Under the pieces are notes generated by a model. The model was given only the letters and a program-made list of their open reading frames with translations, searched no databases and had not been told where the DNA came from. Position numbers and translations under genes: made by a program. Of a stretch of DNA of 64,000 bases, positions 42,116-52,814 are shown in pieces. The stretch is from Myxococcota bacterium (GTDB lineage Bacteria > Myxococcota > XYA12-FULL-58-9 > JABJBS01), in contig JAYZAY010000011.1 in the NCBI GenBank assembly GCA_036339465.1, forward strand, positions 96,001 through 160,000. The letters run 5' to 3'. How positions within the stretch are numbered: the stretch's first letter is position 1; the number at the start of each line of letters is the position of its first letter.

Positions 42116-43060
42116 GTGCAAAGGCCCCTTGTTCAATGGGAGCTTCGCATGTACAGAGGCCCCATGCGTCAAAAGGCCCTAGAGACAAAAGTTCTTCGCC
42201 TCATGAACCAGGCGAATCGAGAGTACCACATGATTACTGAAGGTGATCGCATTCTTGTGGGTCTCTCTGGTGGCAAAGACTCATATGGTTTGATGTGGGG
42301 CTTACTCAAGATGAAAGCGGCGGCACCATTCAATTTTGATGTGGTTGCTTTCCATTTAGATCAAGCCCAGCCAGGGTATGACGGGGCGCCGATGGTTCGC
42401 TACCTCAACCGACTGGGTGAAGAGTTTGGTATCGTAGGGGAAATTGAGACCCAGGATACGTACTCAAGAGTTGTCGAGAAAACGGAAGAGGGGAAAAGTT
42501 ATTGTTCACTGTGTTCTCGTTTTCGTCGTGCGATTTTGTATAAAGCAGCGACCCGGCATGGGTGCAATAAAGTCGCCCTCGGCCATCACCGGGACGATTT
42601 GATCGAGACTCTCCTTCTAAACCAATTCTATGCAGGTTCCATCAAGGGTATGCCACCGCGGCTACTAAATGATACCGGAACCCATGAGCTGCTGCGCCCA
42701 CTTGCCTACGTTCCTGAAGAGGACCTTCAAGAATTATCTGAGCTTCACGCTTACGAGATCATGCCCTGTACTTTGTGTGGTTCTCAGCTTAGCCAAAGAA
42801 AGTTCGTGAAAGACCTCTTGTCTCAGCTTGGCAAGACAAACCCGCATATCAAGGGGAACCTTTTGAATGCCCTTAGGAATGTGCAGCCGAGCCAGTTGGC
42901 CGATCCAAGGGTGAATTCGCTCTACAAAAAAGCCAATGGTCCAGGGGACCTTAAGCCTTTCATAACCACGGCTGTTTCGGAAAACGTTGCGCCCCTGCCT
43001 AGCTCTGAAATAAAGGTAAATTCGGGAGAAGGTGCGGAGCGACTTCGTATTTTGGCTTAA
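42116..43060 (+). CDS. ttcA: tRNA 2-thiocytidine(32) synthetase
   Basis: SGGKDS, LDQAQPG, CSLCSRFRR, LGHHRDD, MPP, PCTLCGSQ; true start may be slightly downstream. Confidence 0.93.
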   Translation: MQRPLVQWELRMYRGPMRQKALETKVLRLMNQANREYHMITEGDRILVGLSGGKDSYGLMWGLLKMKAAAPFNFDVVAFHLDQAQPGYDGAPMVRYLNRLGEEFGIVGEIETQDTYSRVVEKTEEGKSYCSLCSRFRRAILYKAATRHGCNKVALGHHRDDLIETLLLNQFYAGSIKGMPPRLLNDTGTHELLRPLAYVPEEDLQELSELHAYEIMPCTLCGSQLSQRKFVKDLLSQLGKTNPHIKGNLLNALRNVQPSQLADPRVNSLYKKANGPGDLKPFITTAVSENVAPLPSSEIKVNSGEGAERLRILA

Positions 43061-43193
43061 TCGTTTTTCGGTTGGTTTTGCAGTGCGTTACCAGGCGAGC
43101 TGTCTTAAGCGCTAGACTCTCTCTCCGTTCCAAACTAACTTAGATCATGGGAGCTTCGAAACCGAATCAAGGGCCGAACTGAAGGCCCTAGCT

Positions 43194-44480
43194 ATGGAGA
43201 CGAAACATATGGCGCATGTTTTAGTGGTGGATGATGATCGAAATATCCTCACCATGCTTGGTGATTTCATGAGTGAACGCGGACACTTTGTGGAGCCGTG
43301 CCGCGACGGAAAGCAGGCACTTGATGTATTGCGTGGCTCCAAATTTGATTTGATCCTTTTGGATATCCTTTTGCCCAATATGAACGGATTCGCTGTGCTT
43401 GAAGAGCTTTGTCGTGAACCAGGTTTGAGCAAAATTCCCATTGTGGTTTTCAGTGGAATTTATCGTCGTTTGAATCACCACGAGAAGCTTGAGCAGTATG
43501 GCCAGGTGATTGCGTACATGGATAAGCCACTGAACATGGATGAATTGGGCAAAGTGGTTGATGAGGCTTGTCCTCCAGAGTCACCGCCGAGTTCGGAGCA
43601 AGCAGTGGTTCAATCGGGTCAAGATTCAGATACGTCCCTAGAACCAGGGCCGGTTAATTTTGGGGAAGCGATGGTTCTGGACGAAGTGAGTCGGGAAGAA
43701 TGCGCCGAAGCAGAATCGAGGGCGCGAATTGATTTTCAGCGCAGAGACCGCAATCTTACTTTTCAGGGGTCATTGGCCGACCATTCTGCTGCTGAAGTCC
43801 TGGGCCGATTGTGGGCAGCAGAGGTATCGGGGGCCCTCCTACTCAGAAGCGGTCCGACGAAAAAAATCATCTATATCAAAGAAGGTCAGCCTTATAGTGT
43901 CTGTTCTAATTTGGTCAAAGAGTGTTTAGGACAATTATTGGTCCAGGAAAGGCTGATTTCTCGAGCCGAGCTTACTTCCTCCATCCGAGAGATGCAGAAG
44001 ACCAGCGAGAAGCAGGGAAAAATTTTGGTGCGAATGGGTAGTATCACGGCTAAAAACTTGGCTTATGCTCTGCAGCTTCAATTTGAAACAAAACTCTACG
44101 ACTGCTTCACTTGGGATTTTGGCGAGTATCGATTCAATCCTACGGTAGAGTTGCCCGCCAAAGACTTTGCTGGTGAATTGGAGAATGGTGTTGTCGTTTT
44201 GGAGGGTGTGAAGCGGACTTTTGATGAGAGTCGTCTGCGTCTTTATCTGCAGCCTTTTATGGACAGCCTTTTGTGCCGGAATGAGCTCAATGCAGAGCGG
44301 TCGGGGTTGTCGGGAAAACTTGATGCTTGTTTTCCGGTTGATGCTCCTACCACCACCCGTGAATTATTGGAAACCTATGGATTGGGAACCAAAAGAGATG
44401 AGCTGGCATTGCTTTATTCGTTCATCTGTTTGCGGGTTCTGGGTGGTGAACCTGTAGAGAGTGCGGTTATCGCGGGTTAA
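43194..44480 (+). CDS. Response regulator with C-terminal DUF4388-like domain
   Basis: VVDDD, LLDILLP, DKP; QGSL..LG.L....SG.L, LGQLLV, FTWDFGEYRF. Confidence 0.8.
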   Translation: METKHMAHVLVVDDDRNILTMLGDFMSERGHFVEPCRDGKQALDVLRGSKFDLILLDILLPNMNGFAVLEELCREPGLSKIPIVVFSGIYRRLNHHEKLEQYGQVIAYMDKPLNMDELGKVVDEACPPESPPSSEQAVVQSGQDSDTSLEPGPVNFGEAMVLDEVSREECAEAESRARIDFQRRDRNLTFQGSLADHSAAEVLGRLWAAEVSGALLLRSGPTKKIIYIKEGQPYSVCSNLVKECLGQLLVQERLISRAELTSSIREMQKTSEKQGKILVRMGSITAKNLAYALQLQFETKLYDCFTWDFGEYRFNPTVELPAKDFAGELENGVVVLEGVKRTFDESRLRLYLQPFMDSLLCRNELNAERSGLSGKLDACFPVDAPTTTRELLETYGLGTKRDELALLYSFICLRVLGGEPVESAVIAG

Positions 44481-45325
44481 TTCAGCCAGTGAACCATCGC
44501 CTCTATGAGAAGGTCCCCAAAGAGCCCAATCTCCACCAAACCGAGGATTAAGAACGGTCCGAATGGTATGGCGGATGTTGGTGGTGTCCACTGATCATCG
44601 AAGACTGATTGTTCGGGGTCTCTCTGGAAAAAATTCGGTCCGAGACTCATGAATAGGAGACTACCGAGTAGTCCTTGAATCGATGCCAGCGTCAGGGCAT
44701 GCAGGCAACCGATGGGGCCGAGCCAAAGGCCCATGACGATGAGGAGTTTAATATCACCAAAGCCCAATCCTTCCTTCTTTCTAAAGACCGAGTAGAGTTT
44801 GGCAATACCCCAAACCAATCCAGCAGGGGCCAGCATGAGCGGGAGGCTGGAGATGCCAAAATGGGGTGCTGAGATTGCGCTGAGCAGTCCGAGTACGAGT
44901 AAAGGCAGCAGCAATTGGTCTGGAATCCAAAAATGCTGAAAGTCAATGATAGCGATGGCAAGGAGTGGGGGAATGGCCAAGAGCCAAAGCATTGTTTCCA
45001 GTTGTAATCCGTATTTTACGGTGACCAAAGCCCCGAAGCACCCAGCGATTAGTTCGACGTAGAAATAGCGAGGAGAGATAAGAGCCTTACACTTTGAACA
45101 TCGTCGGCGTAAACAGAGATAGCTGAGGAGGGGGATATTTTCCCACCAATTTAGCTGGTGCTTGCATTTGGGGCATGCGGATCGCGGCAATACGATGGAT
45201 TGTCCCTGGGGCATTCTCACAACCAGCACATTGGCAAATGAGCCGAGGCAAGCTGCGAATGCAAAAACCCACATAGGTAGCCACCAGCTGGGCATCGTAT
45301 TTAGGATTATTTCTAGCTCTTGCAT
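44477..45325 (-). CDS. pilD: Prepilin peptidase
   Basis: GSFANV, RSACPKC, ENIPLLSY, CSKC, IDF, GFGDIKL, IPFGPF. Confidence 0.93.
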   Translation of the reverse strand: MQELEIILNTMPSWWLPMWVFAFAACLGSFANVLVVRMPQGQSIVLPRSACPKCKHQLNWWENIPLLSYLCLRRRCSKCKALISPRYFYVELIAGCFGALVTVKYGLQLETMLWLLAIPPLLAIAIIDFQHFWIPDQLLLPLLVLGLLSAISAPHFGISSLPLMLAPAGLVWGIAKLYSVFRKKEGLGFGDIKLLIVMGLWLGPIGCLHALTLASIQGLLGSLLFMSLGPNFFQRDPEQSVFDDQWTPPTSAIPFGPFLILGLVEIGLFGDLLIEAMVHWLN

Positions 45326-45554
45326 GGTTTAAATCAGGGTGTTGCCGATTCTCTTTGCACGTATCACGGCTTCTGATTTCTACAAACTTTATTCATTCGG
45401 GCTATGGGATATAATGTTTTTAGAGCACTGTTTATGTGCGTTGACCGAATTTATGGGCGGAAAAATCGGTTCAGTGCGAGGCGAGCGACGCAGATGGAGC
45501 TGGGCTCTCATCAAAGAGGATAACGAAGCTTTGGGGAAATTTGGCAAGCGAAAA

Positions 45555-46205
45555 ATGTCCAACTTAAATGGACAACGCTTTAACAGCACCCAGGTTTTTC
45601 GGAAGGCTCCCGAAAGATCCGGCCCAAGTTATTTAGATAGCGGTTTCACTTTGATGGAGCTTTTTGTGGTGATTTCCATTGTTGGTCTTTTGGCTTCCAT
45701 TGCGGTTCCTAATTTGAGGGGATGGAACTTGCGACAGAAGCAGGCGGAAGCCCAGAAGTACCTACAGGCGATTCATCTTCACAAAATGGGAAACTACGAA
45801 GCGACCGGAAGCTATGTTTGTGATTTGGATTGCTTCTGTGGTTGGAGGCCGGTTGGTAAGACGCATTACCGATATTATTGTGACGATACGAATGCCAATA
45901 CGGCAGCGAGTCGCACATCGAGTGCGCTTGGGGTAAAAAGTTCTTTGCCGACGTCGGCTTTACGCGATACGGGCTCGAGTTGCGATAGTATCGTGGCGCT
46001 TCTTACGGGCTTAGACCACAGCTATTCGAGTTTGGCATGCGGAAATTTGGACAGTGATACTCAATTGGATATTTGGCTAATTCGGGTCAGAGATATGACC
46101 CAGGAATCCACGACTGAGGCGGGGGCTTTCGTTGAGGTTGTCCAGTGCGCAGATGATACGAATGGTGGCGCGGAGACCTGTTCTTCCCTGCTGGCGGCGC
46201 AATAA
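45555..46205 (+). CDS. Type IV pilin (PilA-like)
   Basis: G|FTLMELFVVISIVGLLASIAVP methylation motif, KQAEA, GNLDSD...D.W; upstream of a pilGHI-like block; start inferred. Confidence 0.85.
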   Translation: MSNLNGQRFNSTQVFRKAPERSGPSYLDSGFTLMELFVVISIVGLLASIAVPNLRGWNLRQKQAEAQKYLQAIHLHKMGNYEATGSYVCDLDCFCGWRPVGKTHYRYYCDDTNANTAASRTSSALGVKSSLPTSALRDTGSSCDSIVALLTGLDHSYSSLACGNLDSDTQLDIWLIRVRDMTQESTTEAGAFVEVVQCADDTNGGAETCSSLLAAQ

Positions 46206-46226
46206 GTTTTTGTGTATAGCATCTAA

Positions 46227-47114
46227 ATGCCTCTGATTATTCGACAGTCTTTTGGCCAAGTCCGATTGTTTTTCTTGTTCGTTGTTCTGGCATTATTGGG
46301 CCACCAGGCTCATCAAAATTTATTGAAGTCGTTTGAATCAGAAGAGCTTCCTCTCTTTGTTGAAACGCTTCCCAATGAAGAGTATGTCCGTTTCCAATGG
46401 TTGAATTTCAAAGAGCTTGCAGGTGATTATTATTGGTTGCGGGTGGTGAGTCATTTTGGTGATACAAGAGCTCAAGCCGTAGACTATCCCTTGCTTTTAA
46501 AATTACTCAAGTTGGTTACCACCCTTAAGCCCCACTTTCGTCCTGCCTATGAGTTAGCGGGTGTGGCCTTACCTATGGTAGAGGGGTATGTGGACGGCGC
46601 AATTGATATATTGGAGAAGGGGGTTCAGGAATTTCCCGAGGAGTGGAGGATCGTGCATTTAAAGGCCTATATTCATTACATGGAGAAAGGTGAGTATGCT
46701 GAAGCGGCTGAGCTATACGCAAGGGTAGCCCATCTTCCCAATGTTCCGGAATGGGTTCCCGGTTTGGGACAACGTCTTGCGGTTGAAGGAGGTAATCCTG
46801 AAGTGGGATTGGCTATCATCGATCATCTGATTGCCGACAATGAAGACGAACGGATCCTAGAACATTTCAAAGAGCGACGGCGGTTGATTTTAATGGAAAT
46901 CCGTATGAAGACCATCCAAGATTGGGTGCATCGGTACAGCCAGGAAATCGGAATTTTTCCAGACTCCTTTCAAGAATTGATGTCGTGGATGGGAAAACCC
47001 TTTGAGCTTGATGACGGTGTGGGCGGAACGTTCAAATTATCTGCCAATGGCAGAGTGTCGACGACTTCAGAAGAAAAAAGGCTACGGCCATTTGGGTTGG
47101 ATAAGCATAAATGA
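46227..47114 (+). CDS. PilG-like TPR protein (myxobacterial pilGHI block)
   Basis: N-terminal TM segment, GDYYWLR, L.PHF..AY, LEKG...P.EWR; lies between the pilin and the ABC genes. Confidence 0.65.
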   Translation: MPLIIRQSFGQVRLFFLFVVLALLGHQAHQNLLKSFESEELPLFVETLPNEEYVRFQWLNFKELAGDYYWLRVVSHFGDTRAQAVDYPLLLKLLKLVTTLKPHFRPAYELAGVALPMVEGYVDGAIDILEKGVQEFPEEWRIVHLKAYIHYMEKGEYAEAAELYARVAHLPNVPEWVPGLGQRLAVEGGNPEVGLAIIDHLIADNEDERILEHFKERRRLILMEIRMKTIQDWVHRYSQEIGIFPDSFQELMSWMGKPFELDDGVGGTFKLSANGRVSTTSEEKRLRPFGLDKHK

Positions 47115-47140
47115 GTGTATCGTTAGCATAAAAGGTTTGG

Positions 47141-48082
47141 TTGATGAATCCAGTGGATATTAGAAACTTGGGATACAGTGTTCAGAAAAACTTTTGGGAA
47201 TCTCCGATCTCCTTAATTAGGGAGATCTCCCTTGATGTTTGCGAAAGCGAGATATTTGGTTTTGTGGGCCCCAATGGAGCTGGGAAATCCACCACGATTC
47301 GTTGTCTTTTGGGATTGCAGAGGCCTACGGCGGGGACGGTTTCTTTGTTTGGGCTACGTCCGCAGTCAAAAGAAGTGCGTTCTCAAATCGGTTACTTACC
47401 GGATTCTCTGCGTTTGGCCTCTCATATTACCGTGGATGAGTCTTTGATATTTCATGGTTGTAAAGTTGGCTTAGCGGCCTCCGAACTCCCGGTTATACTT
47501 GGAGAGTATTACGAGAAATTAGATATGGTTTCTTATCGCCACAAGCGACTGAATGAGCTTTCTAAAGGTATGGCGCAAAGAGTGCGATTGGTTCAGGCTA
47601 TTTTAGGAACGAAAAAACTCCTTGTATTGGATGAACCCCTTAGTGGCTTGGATCCCGTTGGGCGTAAATTGGTGACCGAGCTACTTATGGGTTTACGGGA
47701 GAAGGGCACATCCATTTTCTTTTCTAGTCATATCTTACATGATGTGGAGGTTCTATGTGATCGCGTGGCGGTGATAGATGGAGGGGCACTGAAACGGGTG
47801 GGGCGTCTTGAAGAAATCATTGATGCTTATCCGGCGTTGTATCAATTGATGTTTTCAGGCCTAGACATTTCGAAGGAGCAACTTAAGGGTTTCACCACTG
47901 ACTTTGAGAGTTCAAAGGGAGTCTGTACTTTGCGTTTCGAAACTTTGGATACTGCCAATGATTGTCTTCGAAAGTTGCAAGAGCGGGGTGCTTTGATCAA
48001 GCGACTGGAGGCGATTCGTCCTTCCCTAGAACATATTCTGTGGACCGAGGGGGTCGGGGAAGATGGGAGACCGGAGGCATGA
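47141..48082 (+). CDS. ABC transporter ATPase (PilH-like)
   Basis: GPNGAGKST, LSKGMAQR, LDEPLSGLDP, SSHILHDVE. Confidence 0.88.
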   Translation: MMNPVDIRNLGYSVQKNFWESPISLIREISLDVCESEIFGFVGPNGAGKSTTIRCLLGLQRPTAGTVSLFGLRPQSKEVRSQIGYLPDSLRLASHITVDESLIFHGCKVGLAASELPVILGEYYEKLDMVSYRHKRLNELSKGMAQRVRLVQAILGTKKLLVLDEPLSGLDPVGRKLVTELLMGLREKGTSIFFSSHILHDVEVLCDRVAVIDGGALKRVGRLEEIIDAYPALYQLMFSGLDISKEQLKGFTTDFESSKGVCTLRFETLDTANDCLRKLQERGALIKRLEAIRPSLEHILWTEGVGEDGRPEA

Positions 48083-48870
48083 GATTTTTCATTTCATCTT
48101 TAGGCGCAGAGCTTAAACCGGAACTTCTAGAGGCGTGGCGTAGTCGATTTTGGCCCATTTTGTGGGGGCTTGGGGTGTGCTTCATCCTGTTTATCGAATC
48201 TGTCTCCAGCGTTTCTATGGGACAAGATGAGCGCGTATTTATGGATCTCACTTTGGCCCTACTTGGTTTTTTGGGCATGGGACTGAGCGGGATTATGGTT
48301 TTGCAGAAGATTTACGGAGACCGTTTTGGCGGCGCGATGCATGTAAATGAAACCCTACCCATGGGGGCGCTTACTTATGTGTTGGCGAGATATCTTGCTC
48401 TGGTTGTCGTGGTGGGGCTTACCCTCCTGGGCATTTTTCTGGCAGCAAGTCTGATTTTCTACATCTATGAGGGGGGGGTGCCCTCATCCCAGTTTTTTAC
48501 CGCCGGCCTCTTCCTTTTCCTAGAGGTCATCCTATTGACTGCCTTGGCGCTTTTTGCGGCTATCTGCTTACGGCCTATTATCGGTGTGTCACTCTATACG
48601 ACAGTCGCTATCGCGGGGAATTTTTCACCGGATATTTTGGTACTGGCGACGTCTTTGGGGAAGAAGGGACAATTCATGGCTGAAATTATTCTGACGGCGG
48701 TCTATTGGGTCATGCCTGATTTATCCCTTCTGTCTTTGCGTGCCCATGCGTCTAGTGGGTTACCCATTTCAGGGGCGCTTTTTTTTGGAGGGATGACCTA
48801 TGCCATTCTTTACGCGTCGGTTTTGATTGTTCTGGCGACCCTCCATATCCGATATCGGTTAAATCGTTAG
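48079..48870 (+). CDS. ABC-2 permease (PilI-like)
   Basis: About 6 TM segments; ATGA overlap with the ATPase stop; YWVMPDL. Confidence 0.8.
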   Translation: MRFFISSLGAELKPELLEAWRSRFWPILWGLGVCFILFIESVSSVSMGQDERVFMDLTLALLGFLGMGLSGIMVLQKIYGDRFGGAMHVNETLPMGALTYVLARYLALVVVVGLTLLGIFLAASLIFYIYEGGVPSSQFFTAGLFLFLEVILLTALALFAAICLRPIIGVSLYTTVAIAGNFSPDILVLATSLGKKGQFMAEIILTAVYWVMPDLSLLSLRAHASSGLPISGALFFGGMTYAILYASVLIVLATLHIRYRLNR

Positions 48871-48976
48871 AAATTCACGAACCTTTGGTGGCTCTTGGGA
48901 AATTGCCCCGGGGAAATCATTGTCAGATGAGTTCGAACCGGATAAGGCGCTCTCAATATTTTTTGGAGCTGTAGCC

Positions 48977-50071
48977 ATGAGCATTAATATCGGTATTGTT
49001 GGTCTTCCCAATGTGGGTAAATCCACACTTTTTAACGCTCTTTCGGCAGCAGGAGCCGAAAGTGCCAACTTTCCATTTTGCACCATTGAACCCAATGTTG
49101 GGGTGGTGCCTGTTCCCGATACACGCCTGGATAAACTAGCCGTTGTTTACGGCTCTCAAAAAATCATTCCCACCAGTTTAGAGTTTGTGGATATCGCTGG
49201 TTTGGTGAAAGGTGCCTCCAAGGGTGAGGGATTGGGCAATCAATTTTTGGCCAATATTCGAGAGTGCAATGCCATTGCCCATGTGGTTCGTTGCTTCGAC
49301 GATGAGAACGTGGTGCATGTGGATGGTTCGGTGGATCCCCTGCGCGACATTGAAGTCATTGAGACCGAACTCTGTTTGGCGGACCTGGCCAGTGTGGATA
49401 AACGTCTTCAGCGGACCAGCAAATTGGCAAAGAGTGGGGATAAGGATGCCCGAGCGGTTCTTGGGGTGTTGGAGAAACTGGCCGAGGGACTCAACGAGGG
49501 TCGTGCGGTTCATGCCATGGGCTTGACTCCAGAGGAGCTTGAGCGGGTGGCAGATCTACATCTGCTCACGGAAAAACCGATGATGTACATTGCCAATGTC
49601 TCAGAAGCGGAAGCGGCGGATCCTGATAGTAACGAACACGTTCAAAAATTGAAGGTTCAAGTGGCACCGTCTCCAGTGATTTGCATTAGTGCGGCCATCG
49701 AGTCTGAAATTTCGCAGCTCGAAGACGAAGAACAAAAAGACTATCTAGAATCCTTGGGCTTGGAAGAACCGGGCCTCCACAAGGTGATTCGGGAAGGGTA
49801 TGTCTTGCTCGATTTGATTACCTACCTCACCGCGGGTCCAAAAGAAGCCCGAGCTTGGACCGTCAATCGAGGCTCCTCTGCTCCTGAAGCAGCTGGTGTT
49901 ATCCATACTGACTTTCAGCGGGGTTTCATTAAAGCTGAGGTGAGTCGATGGGAGGACTTGGTGGACTATGGGTCCGAAGCCAGTGTGAAAGCGGCAGGCA
50001 AAATGCGGATCGAAGGTAAGGAGTACACCGTCCTCGACGGCGACGTCATGCACTTTCGGTTCAATGTGTAG
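48977..50071 (+). CDS. ychF: Redox-regulated ATPase YchF
   Basis: [46 protein letters not shown]. Confidence 0.97.
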   Translation: MSINIGIVGLPNVGKSTLFNALSAAGAESANFPFCTIEPNVGVVPVPDTRLDKLAVVYGSQKIIPTSLEFVDIAGLVKGASKGEGLGNQFLANIRECNAIAHVVRCFDDENVVHVDGSVDPLRDIEVIETELCLADLASVDKRLQRTSKLAKSGDKDARAVLGVLEKLAEGLNEGRAVHAMGLTPEELERVADLHLLTEKPMMYIANVSEAEAADPDSNEHVQKLKVQVAPSPVICISAAIESEISQLEDEEQKDYLESLGLEEPGLHKVIREGYVLLDLITYLTAGPKEARAWTVNRGSSAPEAAGVIHTDFQRGFIKAEVSRWEDLVDYGSEASVKAAGKMRIEGKEYTVLDGDVMHFRFNV

Positions 50072-50538
50072 ATGTAATATCAATGAGTAAGCACAAAATT
50101 TACACCATGAGCTTTGCAAAGGTTTATCTTCTCTACGTCGCAAAAGCAGAGCGAAAAGGACGCACGAAAGCGGAGGTTGATGAAATTGTCCGATGGCTTA
50201 CTGGATATGACCAGGCGGGTCTTGAAGCACGATTAGAAGACGAAACAGACCTCGAGAGCTTCTTTGGCCAGTCCCCTCGGCTGAATCCCCTGAGGAACAA
50301 GATCACGGGTGTCGTTTGCGGTGTTCGCGTGGAAGAGATTGAAGAAGAGACGATGCGAGAGATTCGTTATCTCGACAAGGTGATTGACGAGCTGGCAAAA
50401 GGGAAGCCAATGGCCAAGATTCTAAGAGAATGAGGGAGAGGCTCTCTTCTCTAATACAGACCAACGGCGACAGTGACTCTGAAAATCATCGATTTACCAG
50501 TGGTTACGAAGCAGATTACATTTCGGTTCAATGTGTAG
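50054..50538. repeat. 18-bp direct repeat (ychF 3' end) flanking the DUF2200 gene; att-like
   Basis: tttcggttcaatgtgtag at 50054-50071 and again at 50521-50538. Confidence 0.85.
50083..50433 (+). CDS. DUF2200 family protein
   Basis: [48 protein letters not shown]. Confidence 0.88.
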   Translation: MSKHKIYTMSFAKVYLLYVAKAERKGRTKAEVDEIVRWLTGYDQAGLEARLEDETDLESFFGQSPRLNPLRNKITGVVCGVRVEEIEEETMREIRYLDKVIDELAKGKPMAKILRE

Positions 50539-50613
50539 GTCCACCCTAAGTCCTCGAGAGCGACTCTTGCTTTCGAACAACTTGATTGAGGACGATGAAG
50601 AGTCAGGACTCGA

Positions 50614-51087
50614 TCAGCATCCATCTGGAGCCGCTTTGTTCTTAGCTTGAAGCAGCGCCTGCCTCAGTCGCGCGACGATCTCCCGCTCATCTGTGGTCTC
50701 CACAATCGGGATCTGGTCCCCTTGATATTGTCGAACCAAGGCTCGATACTCCGGTAACCCAAAACCCTTTGTGTGTGCACGGCCACCTGGGATGGGCATG
50801 CGCGCAGCGTTATAGCGACAGGCTCCTGGGGCGAAGAAGACCACAGACCACGATCTCTCTCGCAACTTCGCGACAAAGTCGTCATCGTCGGTGCACGAGA
50901 CGAATTCAACACCTCCAAGTAGCGCCGGCATTACCTCCGAGGCACGAAGTGCCATTTGGGGATCGCAGCCACGGGCGAGAATGGTCTTCGCCGAGAAATC
51001 CATCGATTCTCCGTCGCCAGCCCCCTGGACAACCTCAGCCATCATTCGATCCTGCGGAGATTGGGTGGGATCCTTGATTTCAGGCAT
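50614..51087 (-). CDS. Hypothetical protein
   Basis: Coding-like ORF; ARGCDP, FFAPGACRY, PIPGG; start uncertain. Confidence 0.6.
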   Translation of the reverse strand: MPEIKDPTQSPQDRMMAEVVQGAGDGESMDFSAKTILARGCDPQMALRASEVMPALLGGVEFVSCTDDDDFVAKLRERSWSVVFFAPGACRYNAARMPIPGGRAHTKGFGLPEYRALVRQYQGDQIPIVETTDEREIVARLRQALLQAKNKAAPDGC

Positions 51088-51371
51088 GATTCTAACCTCG
51101 TGGAATTGTCTCTGGATTGGCGGTTCCGGTATCAAGATCGGACCCACTCGCTCACCAGTATCACAGCTGATGTCTTCGTCATAGACCTGACCAAGGTGAA
51201 CATCCCCACTAAGATTCTCGCTCTTGATTCCACCGATGCGCACCTAGTTCTCGGTGGACAGCGGCACCGAGATCATCGAGGATGCGGAGGTTTGGGGCAC
51301 GTTGAAATTCAAAATGGCGGGCATCATGAACGCTCGAGTCAGGTTGCTGCGGGTCTGAGCTGAGCAGTTTC

Positions 51372-52607
51372 TCAGTCGAGTATGGGCTGTAGCTCTGAGG
51401 GGGCTAGGTTGATCTGGAGTGCGAGAAACAAACCCATTGCCGGCAAGACAGCGATGAGGTGGTAGAACGTTTCTCCTAAAAAGCCATAGGCTGAGGCTGC
51501 CAAAATAGGAAAGAGCGCATTGGATAGTGAGATGATTGAATCGCCGATACCCATAATTTCTCCGGTATCTTTTGGCGGAGCATTTTGTGCTATGAGAGCG
51601 TTGAAGGTGGGGATGGAGAGGGAGATGCCTAGGTTCAGGATGTAATAGAAGCAAATATAAAGTCCCAAATTTTTCGTGAGTGTGATTGCGAAAAGTCCAA
51701 TCACACACAGAAATAGACCTATTTTCATGGTGCTTAGTTCACCGAATTTGCGAATAAATCGCTTTGAAACAAATGCCTGATTGAAGGAAATAAAGAGCCC
51801 GACGGCCAGCATGAAAAGGCCGAGTTCTCTTGCGTCGAATTTGAAGACATCGATGATATAAAGTGCGATGGTCGCAATATAAGACGCCATCATGGAGCTA
51901 AAGAGGCTGCGGACGAGGAAGATACGCTTGATAATAGGAGGAGGATTTAAGGTTTGAATGCGTCCAATGAGCCACAATGAATGCATGAGTGATTGTTTTA
52001 CAAGGGGTTTTCGATTTTCGGGGGGCAGCGACTCTTTGAGATTTAGCTGAATAGAGATGAGGGTTAGGGTGGAAATAAATGCCCCACAGATGGCCACACC
52101 CAGATAGCCCAAGGAGGTTGATCCGAGGTAGCCACCAATGCCTGGCCCCACAATCATACCCACACCGACGATGCCGCCCATGGTTCCGAAGATCCAACCC
52201 TTTTCTTGATGGGTGGTTATATCAGAGACGTAAGCCTGGGTGACCGAGTTATTACCGCCAGTCATACCATCGAACACCCGGGCGCAAGCGATCACGATTA
52301 GGGGCAGTGATACCCAGCCGATGGCAATATTGGGTAGAAACCAGGCGGCACCAAAAACAACCCAACTAAGTAGGGTGCCTGCTTGGCTTATTAAGAGCAC
52401 GGGTTTGCGGCCTAAGGAATCCGATAGGCGGCCTAACCAAGGTGCTCCAAGAAATTGAAAGAAAGAATAACAGGAGAGAAGAAATCCGTAGACTGCTTTT
52501 GGGGCACCGTACTCTTCGACCACGAAGGGCAACACGGGCATAACGAGACTAAAACCCAGTACATTGACGAACGTAAGAAGGTAAGCCGGGAGGAATCTGT
52601 GTAACAT
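51372..52607 (-). CDS. MFS transporter (TetA/DHA1-like)
   Basis: Motif A GRLSDSLGRKP, GPGIGG motif C, about 12 TM segments. Confidence 0.92.
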   Translation of the reverse strand: MLHRFLPAYLLTFVNVLGFSLVMPVLPFVVEEYGAPKAVYGFLLSCYSFFQFLGAPWLGRLSDSLGRKPVLLISQAGTLLSWVVFGAAWFLPNIAIGWVSLPLIVIACARVFDGMTGGNNSVTQAYVSDITTHQEKGWIFGTMGGIVGVGMIVGPGIGGYLGSTSLGYLGVAICGAFISTLTLISIQLNLKESLPPENRKPLVKQSLMHSLWLIGRIQTLNPPPIIKRIFLVRSLFSSMMASYIATIALYIIDVFKFDARELGLFMLAVGLFISFNQAFVSKRFIRKFGELSTMKIGLFLCVIGLFAITLTKNLGLYICFYYILNLGISLSIPTFNALIAQNAPPKDTGEIMGIGDSIISLSNALFPILAASAYGFLGETFYHLIAVLPAMGLFLALQINLAPSELQPILD

Positions 52608-52814
52608 GGGTACGTCAGTTTTCCATAGACGGAATCGCTACCGACAATGGCAGGTACCGTTTTTCTGAGGAGGTATCTCAAAGGTGTGTTTTGGGCAACT
52701 ACTTATCCGGGCAGCTCTTTGCACAGGTCGGTCTTGTGGTGTGGTCAAAAAATGTAAGAGGGAGGCTCTGCCCCCCAAAAAAAGATATCAAGTATTCGTA
52801 TTTCTTGAATTTTA

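Noticed and set aside
45542..45558. Sigma54 promoter for the pilin (TGGCAAG..)
   Set aside because: No TTGC -12 element at the required spacing, and it overlaps the likely start codon
50614..51708. Stop-codon readthrough joining the in-frame minus-strand ORFs 51244-51708 and 50614-51243
   Set aside because: The upstream ORF mostly overlaps the MFS gene out of frame and has no recognisable motif; there is no evidence for recoding
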